64,000 nucleotides of DNA from an uncultured Desulfosarcina sp. (GCA_963674945.2 CAXXWQ010000004.1:2144001-2208000), one strand, 5' to 3'. Counted from the first letter of the stretch, positions 50,433 to 60,870 are shown. Numbers and translations: made by a program. The notes: a model not told the origin generated them from the sequence alone.

Positions 50433-51659
50433 TTGATTTACATCGTAGGAACCACCGTTTTTCTGTCGGTGATCATGATTCTCGTGGGGCTTTTGCTCTT
50501 CGTGGAAAGCAAGGTGGTCCAGAAAGGAACCAACCGGGTCGTTATCAACAAAGATGAAGACAGGAGCATCGATGCTCCGGCGGGAAAGACCCTTCTGTCG
50601 GCCCTTTCCGCCAATGGGATCTTCATCCCTTCCGGGTGCGGCGGCGGCGGTGCCTGCGGCATGTGCAAGTGCAAGGTGGAAGAGGGCTCCCGGGGCGTAT
50701 TGCCCACAGAATTGGCCCACCTTTCCAGAAAAGAGAGGAAAGAGAACATTCGGCTGGCCTGTCAGTTGAAAGTCAAGGAAGACTTGTGGATTCGGATTCC
50801 GGAGGAGATCCTCTCCGTGAAAAAATACTCGGCCACGGTGGTTTCCAATGAAAACGTCGCCACTTTCATCAAGGATCTGATCCTGGAGCTGGATGACGAA
50901 GAACGCCTCGAATTTACCGCCGGCGCTTACATCCAGATCGACATTCCGGAGTACGAAATTCCCTTCGAACTATTCCGGGTCCGGGTGGCCGAGCGCTACC
51001 GGCCCGACTGGGACCGGTTCAACCTTTGGGGATTGAAGGGAAAAAACCTGGAGCCGGTGTTTCGGGCCTACTCCTTGGCAAATCCGCCGTCGGAACCCTC
51101 CCGGTTGCGCTTCACCATTCGTATTGCCACGCCGCCACCCGGTACCAAGGGATTGCCGCCCGGTACAGGCTCGACCTTCATCTTCAACCTGAAACCCGGC
51201 GACAAGGTCACCCTGAGCGGTCCCTTCGGCGAATTCGCCGTCAAGGACAGCCATCGGGAGATGTGTTTCGTGGGCGGTGGCGCCGGCATGGCCCCGTTGC
51301 GCAGCCAGATTATGGATCAACTGCTGCGGGTAAAGACCGATCGCATACTTTCCTTTTGGTATGGCGCCCGTTCCAAGCTCGAACTGTTCTTCGACGAGGA
51401 ATTCAAGGAACTGGCTGAAAAACACCCGAACTTTTCCTACCATGTGGCCCTTTCCGACCCGATGCCCGAGGACAACTGGGAGGGAATGACCGGCTACATC
51501 CATCAACGGTTGCACGACGAATACCTTTCCAAACACAAGGATCCCACCGAGATCGAGTACTATCTTTGCGGGCCGCCCATGATGGTCCAGTCCGTGGAGG
51601 ATATGCTGGACAACTTAGGGGTGGAGCCGGAAATGATTGCCTATGACAAATTTTCGTGA
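50433..51659 (+). CDS. nqrF: Na+-NQR subunit F
   Basis: CGGGGACGMC, RLACQ, RAYS, GGGAGMAP, YLCGPP; TTG start after AAGGAG (track start 50412 lies inside the MITE). Confidence 0.93.
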   Translation: MIYIVGTTVFLSVIMILVGLLLFVESKVVQKGTNRVVINKDEDRSIDAPAGKTLLSALSANGIFIPSGCGGGGACGMCKCKVEEGSRGVLPTELAHLSRKERKENIRLACQLKVKEDLWIRIPEEILSVKKYSATVVSNENVATFIKDLILELDDEERLEFTAGAYIQIDIPEYEIPFELFRVRVAERYRPDWDRFNLWGLKGKNLEPVFRAYSLANPPSEPSRLRFTIRIATPPPGTKGLPPGTGSTFIFNLKPGDKVTLSGPFGEFAVKDSHREMCFVGGGAGMAPLRSQIMDQLLRVKTDRILSFWYGARSKLELFFDEEFKELAEKHPNFSYHVALSDPMPEDNWEGMTGYIHQRLHDEYLSKHKDPTEIEYYLCGPPMMVQSVEDMLDNLGVEPEMIAYDKFS

Positions 51660-51756
51660 TGGATGGTCGGAAATGCTTTCCAAGCAGTCATGGACTGCAT
51701 GGATCTGGCGCAAAAAGTAATCAAGGCATTCAGCCGATAACGGCAAATCACTTCGT

Positions 51757-53118
51757 TTATATCCTATCATAGGGAACAAACCCCTTTGGCGTTCTTTCGG
51801 TCAATGCGCCCTTGGCATGATGAAACGCGGGACTGTCGTATATCCTTTTCAACAGTTTCTCTTTGACCTCCGGTGACGCCAGGTGGGCAATCCCGACGGC
51901 ACGTTCTCCCATGCTCAACCCCCGGGGATCGAGAGCGCCGTTTTCGGTGACGATAACGACCGGGTCGGCGGCAATGGCCGTTGTGGTGATGCCTTCCGGA
52001 CACATGTCCACGATTTTCGAAACGCCCTTGGTCGTCTTGGATTTCAAGGCGATGATCGGAACGCCGCCTTCGGAGAGGTTGGCACCGCGGATGAAATCGC
52101 ATTGGCCGCCGACACCGCTGTAGATCTGTCTGGCCTTCATGGAGTCGGCCCAGATGTTCCCATGCAGATCCACGCCGATGGCGCCGTTAATGGAAACCAT
52201 GTTGGGCTGCTGCGCGATATTGAGAATGCCATTGGTGTAGTCCGAAGGCCGGCTCTGCACGGCGGAGTTGTAGTCAAACCAGTCGTATCCCTCCTGGCTG
52301 CTGGCCAGGAAGATTGAGGCGATGCTGAACTTGTTGCGGGTTTTCGTGTATCGGTTCGTAACCACGCCAGCCTCCACCAGTCGGCGCATGGCGTCGGCGA
52401 AAAGCTCCGTATGGATGCCCAGGCTCTTTACTCCCTTTTCCAAGATGGCGTCTGTCACCGCCTCGGGAACCTGCCCGATGCCGTATTGGATCGTGCACCG
52501 ATCCTTCACGAACAGGCCGGCGATGATCCGACCGATTTTTCGTGCCAGTTCATCGGGCGGCTGCACCGGACTTATGGGCAGCGAATAGTCGGAATCGATC
52601 AGATAGTCGATCCATTTGCCGGGAACCGTGTCGCCCATGACAAAGGGCATCCGGGCGTTTCTCTCCGCGAGGATCAGCCCACCTGCGGCCCGTACCGTTT
52701 CGATGGCAGCCATCACGCCTTCCATGGTGGTCCCCAGGCTGAAGTTACCGCCCTTGTCTGGCCCGGCAACGGTCAACATGGCTACGTTGGGCTTGAGATA
52801 GGCGCGCAGTTGCATGGGAATGTCGCCCAAATGCATGAGCTGATACTTGGCCCATCCCTGGTTGACGGCCTTTCGGGTGAGGTGGCTGTTGAAAATGACC
52901 CGGTGTGTAATTCGTTCACATGTCTCTTTTTCGAACAAATCCGCCACCTCCCCGAGATAGAGAACGCCCATCATCTCCACGTCCCGGATAGTGGGATCGG
53001 CTGCCAGTTGCCGAAAGAGCGTTTGGGGTGTGGCCGCGTTACCGGAGGCGTAGATTCGGCTTCCCGGCGGTAACAGGGTGCTGTTGACGATCTCTTCGAC
53101 GCTGTCTACGATCTTCAT
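51757..53118 (-). CDS. Acetyl-CoA hydrolase / 4-hydroxybutyrate CoA-transferase family
   Basis: IQYGIG.VP, LGIHTE, SGVGGQCDFIRGA..S.GG. Confidence 0.88.
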   Translation of the reverse strand: MKIVDSVEEIVNSTLLPPGSRIYASGNAATPQTLFRQLAADPTIRDVEMMGVLYLGEVADLFEKETCERITHRVIFNSHLTRKAVNQGWAKYQLMHLGDIPMQLRAYLKPNVAMLTVAGPDKGGNFSLGTTMEGVMAAIETVRAAGGLILAERNARMPFVMGDTVPGKWIDYLIDSDYSLPISPVQPPDELARKIGRIIAGLFVKDRCTIQYGIGQVPEAVTDAILEKGVKSLGIHTELFADAMRRLVEAGVVTNRYTKTRNKFSIASIFLASSQEGYDWFDYNSAVQSRPSDYTNGILNIAQQPNMVSINGAIGVDLHGNIWADSMKARQIYSGVGGQCDFIRGANLSEGGVPIIALKSKTTKGVSKIVDMCPEGITTTAIAADPVVIVTENGALDPRGLSMGERAVGIAHLASPEVKEKLLKRIYDSPAFHHAKGALTERTPKGFVPYDRI

Positions 53119-53397
53119 GTTATCCTCGCCATTGATGGCTTTATAAAAAACTTTTCCAGGCCACATATGGCCAAAACACTTTTCATGGTAGAAAGAATTT
53201 TCCCCTTTGTACCAATGGCTTAAAAAAAGAAAAGCTTTTTATAAAAAATTTTCTTGCGTTGTATTTTCGTACCGAATTTTTTATGGTCGAAAGACCTTTC
53301 TCGTGCAATCGATTCCGTGTATTGTATGCTTTCAGTTTCAAGACAAAATGACGATAGATATGTAAACGGAAACCGATATCCACATCAAAGGAAGACT

Positions 53398-54249
53398 ATG
53401 CGACCCATCGTTTTTTTTGTACTTATCGCAATTTTACTGATACCGGCCCCAAGTCAGGCGCTGACGCTGGAGGGCAATCTCGTTCAAGGGGGCATGGCCA
53501 TCGGCAAGACCGCTCCCGGCGAGACCGTGAAATACAAGGGAAAAAGGCTCCGTGTCTCCCCCGAGGGGCTCTTCGTTGTCGGATTCGGCCGGGACGACCC
53601 AGCAGAGTCGTTTATCGAAATTCATCACCAAAACGGAACGGTGGAAAAGCATCCGTTCACGATTGAGACACGCACCTATAATATCCAGCGCATCGACGGA
53701 TTGCCACCACGAAAAGTCAGCCCTTCGCCCGAAGACCTGGAACGTATCGGTAAAGAGATCGCCTTGGTGAAGGGCGTCCGAAAAAAAGATCTGCCCAATA
53801 CAGATTTTTCCCAAAAATTCATCTGGCCGGTGATCGGACGGATCAGTGGTGTCTATGGAAGTCAACGGATATTGAATGGCAAGCCCCGAAGACCCCATTA
53901 CGGCGTGGATATCGCAGCCCCCACGGGCACACCAGTACGTGCGCCGACAGACGGTGTCGTGACCCTGGTTCACGAAGATATGTTCTACTCGGGCGGAACA
54001 CTGATCCTCGACCACGGACACGGCCTGTCCACAAGTTATCTTCATCTGCACAAGATTCTCGTCGAAGAGGGACAGCGGGTCGTGCAGGGGGAGACGATTG
54101 CCCAGGTGGGCGCCACGGGCCGGGTCACAGGCCCCCATTTGCACTGGGGAATGAACTGGTTTGATACGCGCCTGGATCCCTCCTTGCCGGCAGGCCCCAT
54201 GCCAAAGAAAGTTTCGGCGGCAATTGGCGACCGGTCCGGCACCAAATAA
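53398..54249 (+). CDS. M23 family peptidase
   Basis: Signal peptide, HYGVD, TGPHLHW. Confidence 0.9.
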   Translation: MRPIVFFVLIAILLIPAPSQALTLEGNLVQGGMAIGKTAPGETVKYKGKRLRVSPEGLFVVGFGRDDPAESFIEIHHQNGTVEKHPFTIETRTYNIQRIDGLPPRKVSPSPEDLERIGKEIALVKGVRKKDLPNTDFSQKFIWPVIGRISGVYGSQRILNGKPRRPHYGVDIAAPTGTPVRAPTDGVVTLVHEDMFYSGGTLILDHGHGLSTSYLHLHKILVEEGQRVVQGETIAQVGATGRVTGPHLHWGMNWFDTRLDPSLPAGPMPKKVSAAIGDRSGTK

Positions 54250-54319
54250 TCCTTTGGATATCCGGGCTATGGCCGGATGTCCAAGCCACACGTCTGGCGG
54301 GTGGTCGTTGACTTGGGCC

Positions 54320-54585
54320 GATACCGAAGCAGTCCCTTCTGGGTCACCGTGGCCACCAATAGCCCGTCCTGGGTAAAAAAATATTACCGATGAACAGTGC
54401 CCGTACCCGGGAGGCGCTGGGGCTTGCCAAATCGTAAAAAAGCCAGTCGTTCATCTGAAATTCCCGATGAAACCATATGGGAAAAATGGCCCGGCCGTTT
54501 TGGACGGCGACCACCCTTCGCGTGGTGAAGCTGTGCCCGTTTCGAATGCAGTCCACCGTTTAGACAACGGGCTTGGGCGGCGTGA
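54320..54585 (-). pseudogene. tesB: Acyl-CoA thioesterase II remnant with large internal deletion
   Basis: PVV*TVDCIRNGHSFTTRRVVAVQNGRAIF fused to IWFHREFQMNDWLFY..SPSAS; frameshifted TQDGLLVATVTQKGLLR. Confidence 0.75.
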
Positions 54586-54657
54586 CAGATCCATCATTTG
54601 GCATTATTGTAAGTTGTATATTTTCGCGATTCATTTCCGCCGAAGAGGAGAACACCA

Positions 54658-55479
54658 ATGCCAACAGCACCGAAAAACGCCATGGAGATCTTCAAACACC
54701 TTGAGAAATCCAATTGCCGGGAGTGCGGCGAAAAGACATGCCTTGCCTTTGCCGGTGCCGTGTTTCAGGGAAAAAAGGCAATCGACCAATGCCCCCGGCT
54801 CAGCCCCGGTGTTATCAAGCAATTTTCCCAAGGGGCCAACGGCCAGGAGGAACCGGTTGACAACCTGGAGGTCTTTTTGCAGATGATGAAGGAGAAAATC
54901 GCCCGTGTCGACCTGGCGGCGGCGGCAAAGCGTGTGGGGGGACGGTTCGAAAACAGCCGACTGACCATCAAAATCCTGGGGAAGGATTTTTCCGTGGACC
55001 AACAGGGCACACTGCGTTCGGATATCCATGTTAATCCCTGGGTGGCAGCACCCTTTTTCGACTACGTAATCGACGGTTTGGGTCTGGAGCCAAAGGAGAA
55101 ATGGGTTCCCTTTCGGGAATTGAAAGAGGGCCGGGATCGGTACCCGCTGTTTCAAAAACGTTGCGAAGAGGCAATGAAGCAGGTGGCCGACGGCTATACC
55201 GACCTGTTCGACGATGTCGTACACCTTTTTTCCGGCAGACAGGTAGAACGCCAGTTCGAATCAGACATTTCCGTGGTACTGCATCCGTTGCCCAAGGTGC
55301 CCATCATGATCTGCTATTGGCGCCCGGACGAAGGTCTCGGTTCCAGCCTCAACATATTTTTCGATGAGACCGCCGACAAAAACCTGACCATCGGTTCCGT
55401 GTTCTCATTGGGCGCAGGACTGACCCAGATGTTTCAGAAGCTTGCCCTGCGGCATGGATGGCAAGAGACCGGGCCGTGA
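54658..55479 (+). CDS. Fe-S cluster domain + DUF3786 protein
   Basis: NCRECGEKTCLAFA..CP; PLPKVP, FFDETA. Confidence 0.85.
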   Translation: MPTAPKNAMEIFKHLEKSNCRECGEKTCLAFAGAVFQGKKAIDQCPRLSPGVIKQFSQGANGQEEPVDNLEVFLQMMKEKIARVDLAAAAKRVGGRFENSRLTIKILGKDFSVDQQGTLRSDIHVNPWVAAPFFDYVIDGLGLEPKEKWVPFRELKEGRDRYPLFQKRCEEAMKQVADGYTDLFDDVVHLFSGRQVERQFESDISVVLHPLPKVPIMICYWRPDEGLGSSLNIFFDETADKNLTIGSVFSLGAGLTQMFQKLALRHGWQETGP

Positions 55480-55636
55480 GTTTGGCTCTTGGCAGCGTGA
55501 AAGATGGGCCTATGTCCGCTTCATTTTTGTGCCGGGTTGTTTTTCATGAGTATTGTGATACATACGAATCGGCAACATGCAGTCGGAAGCACATATGGAT
55601 TTGTCACGCGGGCGGTTTTCGGTTATGGGTGTTTCT

Positions 55637-57061
55637 ATGGTTAAAAAAAAGTCGGCGAAAGGGACCGACATTGCCAGCATACAGGTGCTTATTCATATCG
55701 GTCCACCCAAAACCGGGACTTCCGCCATACAAAACTGGTTGCGTAACAATCGATCCTATCTGAAGAAGCTCGGGATCTATTACCCCGACCATCTTTTGGA
55801 TAAAAATGGCGTCAGCTCCGGGAATGTGAGGCGCCTGTTTTATCCCCGGGTACCGGGCAAGCCGCTTGCGCCCATTGCCGACGCCCGCGAGAGATTGATT
55901 GGGGAGACGTCGACAAATGGCTGTGATCGTCTTTTGTTGTCTTCGGAAAACTTTTTCGCACAACTGCCCGATGTCATGGCGATCTTTCCCGAGGCTCTGC
56001 TCATCGCCTATATTCGGTTTCCCCTCGATTTGTTGGAGTCACGATACAACCAAAGCGTAAAACGCGGCAGAAACAAAGAGAAATTTCCTGCAGCATCTTC
56101 GGTTCCCGAGGCGACACACTTGGATACCTTGGCCGAATTCATCGGCCAGTACGGCAGAAATACCTTTTTGCTTCGCCCGTTCATGAAGGCCTGTTTCACG
56201 GATGGCGACATCGTCAGTGACTTTTTATCGGCAATCAAAGTAAAAAAGCCGTCCGGCTCGATCGTCGACGGCATTTTAAAGACCATAGGGGTAGGACAAG
56301 ATAAAGCATCGTCCATGTCGTCCGTCGTCAATACTTCCTATTGTTTTGAAGCCCTTGAATTCAAACGCTGGCTCAACAACTTCGACCTTTCCCTGTGGCA
56401 AACCAGAATCGATACGTTTTTACAAGGGTATCGGGATGGGACTTTTAATTTTTCCTTACTCGATCCGGATCAGTATGCTCGAATAAAAGAACACTTCTTG
56501 AGAATTACCCGGGAATTCGTTCGGCGGTATCAGGTGATAAATGGTGATGCTTTCCTGCGTGCGATCGAAGAAAAAAAGCAGAAACCGTTCAAGCGGCAGG
56601 TACTCGATGTGAATGAATTTCGGTGTGTTGCCGAGGCCATGCGTCGGCATGACGCCTTGCTGGTAAAATATCTCGCTGTTCTCATTGAAAGCAGTGGCAG
56701 ACGGGACCTTGTAAACAGCCCCTATGCAAAGGCTTTCGGCGTCGAGGCGAACCGGGCAAAACAGCATTTCGATCCCATCCATGGGAAAGTGGTCGGTTTT
56801 CATGAATTGAAGAATCGTTTATCGCTGCCCAAGGACAAAGGCCCTGCCGCCGTGTTCAAAAATCTCGCCCGGTTTTGTGAGGACAATGGTGAACTGGAAT
56901 TTGCCTATCGGCTGGTAAAAGCGGCACAATCCATTCAGCCCAACGCTCCTTGGGTCCAAAAAAAACTGGCTGAATACAAAGACAAGTTAGAGAACCAGTC
57001 GAAATTGAAAAGCGCTTTGAAGAACGAGGAGAATGATCGCAATGGGAAAAACGAAGCATAG
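55637..57061 (+). CDS. Sulfotransferase-like hypothetical protein
   Basis: IHIGPPKTGTSAIQ, LLSSENF, SRYNQ.VK. Confidence 0.7.
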   Translation: MVKKKSAKGTDIASIQVLIHIGPPKTGTSAIQNWLRNNRSYLKKLGIYYPDHLLDKNGVSSGNVRRLFYPRVPGKPLAPIADARERLIGETSTNGCDRLLLSSENFFAQLPDVMAIFPEALLIAYIRFPLDLLESRYNQSVKRGRNKEKFPAASSVPEATHLDTLAEFIGQYGRNTFLLRPFMKACFTDGDIVSDFLSAIKVKKPSGSIVDGILKTIGVGQDKASSMSSVVNTSYCFEALEFKRWLNNFDLSLWQTRIDTFLQGYRDGTFNFSLLDPDQYARIKEHFLRITREFVRRYQVINGDAFLRAIEEKKQKPFKRQVLDVNEFRCVAEAMRRHDALLVKYLAVLIESSGRRDLVNSPYAKAFGVEANRAKQHFDPIHGKVVGFHELKNRLSLPKDKGPAAVFKNLARFCEDNGELEFAYRLVKAAQSIQPNAPWVQKKLAEYKDKLENQSKLKSALKNEENDRNGKNEA

Positions 57062-57902
57062 CCTTACTGCCGAACTCACCGCCGCAATCCGCGCCTGGCA
57101 CTTTCTGTACGGAGAGAGACCGCTAATCCTGGAAGATCCAATCGCCATCGATCTGCTGAATCCGGAACTGCGCAAGCGATGCCTTGAAGGAGACAGGCAA
57201 AATGGATTTGGCCACGGCGGCAGCGCAGCCATCGTTCTTGGGCGTGCTCGCTATACCGAGGACAAGCTGATTGAGGCGGTGCAATCGGGAACGAATCAAT
57301 ATGTCGTGCTGGGTGCCGGTGGGGATTCGTTCGCACTGAGGCGTCCGGATTTAATGGAAAAAATCCGCGTATATGAGATCGACCAACCGGGAACCCAGGA
57401 ATGGAAACGGGAATGTTTGGAGGGGCGCGGTCATGCGCTGCCGGTATCTCTGGAATTCATTCCCGCCGACCTTGAACATGAAACGGTCCTTGCAGTTCTC
57501 GCCCGGTCCTCTTTCAGAAAAAACCAACGGGTATTTTTCTCATGGCTTGGCACGTTAATGTATCTCACCCCAGATGCGATTTTCGGCACCCTGCGATCTT
57601 TCGCGAAAGCACTTGCCCCAGGCAGTGAAATTGCTTTTGATTATCGTGTACAGACCGAGTTTATCGATCCTGATGAGGTAGAATTCGTCCTGAAAGGTGA
57701 CGAGGCGACAGCAGCAATGGGAGAGCCAAAAAACTCATTTTTCAACCCCCATACATTTCCGGATGAAATTAGAGCGACGGGCTTCGAAATGATAGAAAAC
57801 CTTTCTCCGCAACAGTTAGCACAGCGTTACCTTAAAAATCGGAAGGACATGGAGAAGCCCACAACGCATCACTGGTTTGCGCAGATACGGCTTCGTTCTT
57901 AA
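57042..57902 (+). CDS. SAM-dependent methyltransferase (LCM/Ppm1-like)
   Basis: RARYTED, QYVVLGAGGDS, YEID.P, WLGTLMYL. Confidence 0.88.
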   Translation: MGKTKHSLTAELTAAIRAWHFLYGERPLILEDPIAIDLLNPELRKRCLEGDRQNGFGHGGSAAIVLGRARYTEDKLIEAVQSGTNQYVVLGAGGDSFALRRPDLMEKIRVYEIDQPGTQEWKRECLEGRGHALPVSLEFIPADLEHETVLAVLARSSFRKNQRVFFSWLGTLMYLTPDAIFGTLRSFAKALAPGSEIAFDYRVQTEFIDPDEVEFVLKGDEATAAMGEPKNSFFNPHTFPDEIRATGFEMIENLSPQQLAQRYLKNRKDMEKPTTHHWFAQIRLRS

Positions 57903-57953
57903 CCGACAATGTATGAAACCGACACAAGAACCAGCCTGGCCGCCCTGGTTTCC

Positions 57954-58712
57954 TTACTTCTCTTTATGCGCCTGGAAATACAAAATACCACCATTTGTAT
58001 CACAACTGGTGAAAGTCAGACCATTATGACGGCATACATTTTGAAGATCATCAATCGTAAATGTATGAGCATCGTTCTTTTCTGCCAGCTTCTTCCACTT
58101 GGCATCGAATTCTTTATGAATCCCGACAACAGGAGTACTGCAAACAAACAGGAACCCATTGGCTAATACTTTCGATATTTGTGCAATTGCAAGTTGATAA
58201 TCCGGTATCAAATGCAAAGACGTATCCATAAAAATAAAGTCAAATGATTCATGATCAAAAGGGAGATTTCCGGCATTTCCCTGAATAAGTCTGCATGATT
58301 TAAATGATTTCTTTTTGGCTTTTTTCACCGCTTCCTTTAGCATAGAGTAGGATAGGTCAAGGCCGGTATACTCATTGCTCTTATCAAAATGCGCGATTGC
58401 ACTGCCGGTTCCGCATGCAATATCCAGAACACGGGATTCTTTTACTTGTGAAAGCAAAGATTTCAATATTTTTTTATGCAGTTTGGGATTCGCCTTGTGA
58501 AGGCGTGGAAGAAGATATTTTTCATGAACAAAATCGTAAAAAAACATAGAAGATGAGAATTGTTTGAGCCTCTGCTTGTTTTCTTCGGATAGTTCGCCAG
58601 GCAGTGCATTGATGATACCATTTTTATCCGGTGCGGGAAGTGTCTCTTTATTCATTTGCTCCTCATTATCATTCCGTCTTCTATCATACGATATTCGCTC
58701 GTGTTCATCCAC
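57954..58712 (-). CDS. Class I SAM-dependent methyltransferase
   Basis: VLDIACGTG, GLDLS..ML, LPFDHESFD; start uncertain. Confidence 0.85.
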   Translation of the reverse strand: MDEHERISYDRRRNDNEEQMNKETLPAPDKNGIINALPGELSEENKQRLKQFSSSMFFYDFVHEKYLLPRLHKANPKLHKKILKSLLSQVKESRVLDIACGTGSAIAHFDKSNEYTGLDLSYSMLKEAVKKAKKKSFKSCRLIQGNAGNLPFDHESFDFIFMDTSLHLIPDYQLAIAQISKVLANGFLFVCSTPVVGIHKEFDAKWKKLAEKNDAHTFTIDDLQNVCRHNGLTFTSCDTNGGILYFQAHKEK

Positions 58713-58740
58713 ATAGTATCAATGCCTCTATTTCACGGAA

Positions 58741-59178
58741 TCATGCCTTTTCTTCCAAATCCTCTGCCAACACGGCCATTTGGGTAAACATACCTTTGGA
58801 AACCAGTTTCTCGACCCCATTGGCAACAGAAAAGACCTCAGATTCAGCTACTTTGATTTTTCTGCCGTTATTAATCACCTTCGACCGGCAAATCATGAGA
58901 GGGCCGACCGCTGGCTTCAAATAGTTGATCTTGAATTCTATTGTTAATATGCGAAATTCTTTTGAAACGGTTGTAAATGAGGCGTATCCGGAGGTATGAT
59001 CTGCCATTGTCGCGATCACTCCGGCATGAACGAATCCATCTTGCTGCCGGTGTTCCTCATTGACCTTTAGGCTGGTTTCAAAAATGCCATAAGCTACGCG
59101 GGTGACCTCAAAACCGCAATACGCTGGAAAGCCATGAACAAAATCTTTTTTTAAAAACGCAAACCATTGAGAAGGCAT
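58741..59178 (-). CDS. PaaI-family thioesterase
   Basis: QQDGFVHAGVIATMAD, TIEFKINYL. Confidence 0.9.
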   Translation of the reverse strand: MPSQWFAFLKKDFVHGFPAYCGFEVTRVAYGIFETSLKVNEEHRQQDGFVHAGVIATMADHTSGYASFTTVSKEFRILTIEFKINYLKPAVGPLMICRSKVINNGRKIKVAESEVFSVANGVEKLVSKGMFTQMAVLAEDLEEKA

Positions 59179-59319
59179 ATTTGTCCTATATTGACGGTTC
59201 TCATGTTAACAATAGTATAAAGTCCGGTTGCCTATTTTCATTATTTCATTCCCGGCATTGGTTCAACCCCATATTCCTAACATTCTAAGTATATTTGATA
59301 AAATCGCTTTAAACCTCCA

Positions 59320-59336
59320 TTGGCTCATCTTTTGCA
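59320..59336 (+). promoter_or_regulatory. Candidate sigma54 promoter
   Basis: TTGGCTCATCTTTTGCA (GG-N10-GC) upstream of 67-aa ORF. Confidence 0.55.
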
Positions 59337-59378
59337 TATATCGACTGGCGACAAACATGAAAAACACGGGAGGTTACG

Positions 59379-59582
59379 ATGGAACCCATTTCAAAGATCA
59401 AGTCATTCCTGCTGAAAATGTCGTTATTCCAAAAACAGAAAGCCACGCCAGCGATACCGTCAAACGATAATTCATGGGATCGGGAATTTGCGCCCGAACA
59501 GCCATTTACGGATTCTTGGGAGAATGTAACGTGGCGCGTTGATGACCTTCAATCCGCATTCACCGATAAGGCGTTTCAATAA
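59379..59582 (+). CDS. Small hypothetical protein (67 aa)
   Basis: GGAGG RBS, sigma54-like promoter upstream. Confidence 0.55.
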   Translation: MEPISKIKSFLLKMSLFQKQKATPAIPSNDNSWDREFAPEQPFTDSWENVTWRVDDLQSAFTDKAFQ

Positions 59583-59622
59583 AATCAACTATTAGATAGA
59601 AGACGTAAATAACAATTACCGA

Positions 59623-60348
59623 TTACTCGGTAAGGGGCCATTTTCTTTTCGGATAATCGCCGCGTTTTTTGAATCGCCGTTGGTGCAGTATCTCTTGCTC
59701 CACGTCTCGGTCAAAACTGGAACCTTCCAAAGACCCTTTTGCGGGATACTCTTTCTCATACGTTTCCTTGATGAGATCAATGGGAACATCCTCAAATTCG
59801 CCACGATATCGAAGGTACTCCAAATGACGATTTCCTTCAAGGTCAAACGGGTGAAATAGAGCGTCTTGATAGCCATCGAAATCGAGTGGCTTGATATTGA
59901 ATTTACGGCATAGTTCGATATTAAAGGCTGGTGTGAGCTTAATCCAGTTCCCGTCCAGATAAATAACGGTGTATCCGTGCCAGTAAAATACATCGGTTTT
60001 CATTGCCTTTGGCATACGCTCGGTCGACAGGTGGTTGCGGACATCCGCAAAGCCCAATTTAGAAGGGATGCCAATGGATCGATAAGCGGCGGTGAGCAGG
60101 ATTGCCTTTGGCACACACCAACCTCGCTTGCTTTCCAGTGTGGCACTGGCTCGTAGTCCTTCGACTGATAGCTTTACCGAATATGGATCGTATCGGATAC
60201 CATCGCGAACAGCATAATAGAGATCGACGGCCTGTTGCCTGGGTTCCGTGTGATTGCCGCAATGTTGATTGGCAAATTCTTTAACTGCCGTATGAGAACT
60301 GTCGATTATAGGCGTTGGTTTAAGAAGCTGAATCATTTGTGTGGCCAT
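59623..60348 (-). CDS. Transglutaminase-like protein
   Basis: VRDGIRYDPY, GWCVPKA, FYWHGY, TPAFN; start approximate. Confidence 0.88.
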   Translation of the reverse strand: MATQMIQLLKPTPIIDSSHTAVKEFANQHCGNHTEPRQQAVDLYYAVRDGIRYDPYSVKLSVEGLRASATLESKRGWCVPKAILLTAAYRSIGIPSKLGFADVRNHLSTERMPKAMKTDVFYWHGYTVIYLDGNWIKLTPAFNIELCRKFNIKPLDFDGYQDALFHPFDLEGNRHLEYLRYRGEFEDVPIDLIKETYEKEYPAKGSLEGSSFDRDVEQEILHQRRFKKRGDYPKRKWPLTE

Positions 60349-60539
60349 GAATGTTGTTTCCGAACCATTTGAATGTAACTTTTCTTTAGACAATGAAATT
60401 TCCCAGTTTTTCCTATTCTTTCAAAATCCTTTTCTTTAGACCATTTCCGGTGTCCATATCAACCATTGAGTCGTTTGTGAATCACGTCCCTAATTCATAA
60501 GATACAATAGCGACACAGACTACCGATACGTTAAATCCG

Positions 60540-60576
60540 AAAAAAAAGACAAGCCCCCGGGAAAAGGGGCTTGTCT
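60540..60576 (-). terminator. Intrinsic terminator
   Basis: AGACAAGCCCC-ttttcccg-GGGGCTTGTCT 11-bp stem followed by a T run on minus strand. Confidence 0.8.
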
Positions 60577-60638
60577 CGAAAGGAGGAGTGTAATGAGGAA
60601 GCATTTAAGCGCTCTTTAGAACAATGTTTCCCATTGCC
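60540..60638 (-). ncRNA. Candidate sigma54-dependent small RNA (~100 nt)
   Basis: Bounded by a sigma54 promoter and an intrinsic terminator; CU-rich anti-SD tract; no ORF on this strand. Confidence 0.6.
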
Positions 60639-60648
60639 AGAACAAAAA

Positions 60649-60665
60649 AGCATTTTTTATGCCAG
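60649..60665 (-). promoter_or_regulatory. sigma54 promoter
   Basis: CTGGCATAAAAAATGCT (GG-N10-GC). Confidence 0.65.
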
Positions 60666-60870
60666 TCTTTATTTTACTAAAAAAGGCTTTAATACATGGA
60701 TGTTAAATGGTCACAACAATATTCCATGTTGTTTTTTTTGACAAATTCTTGACGGTTGCCAGCGATTGGGGACGTTGTTTGTCCAGCTTCGCTACAATTG
60801 GCTTTTGGTAGAACATCCCTGTTTTTCCGGAAATGCAAGAAGAATGGTATTCTTTGAAATGAATTGCAGG

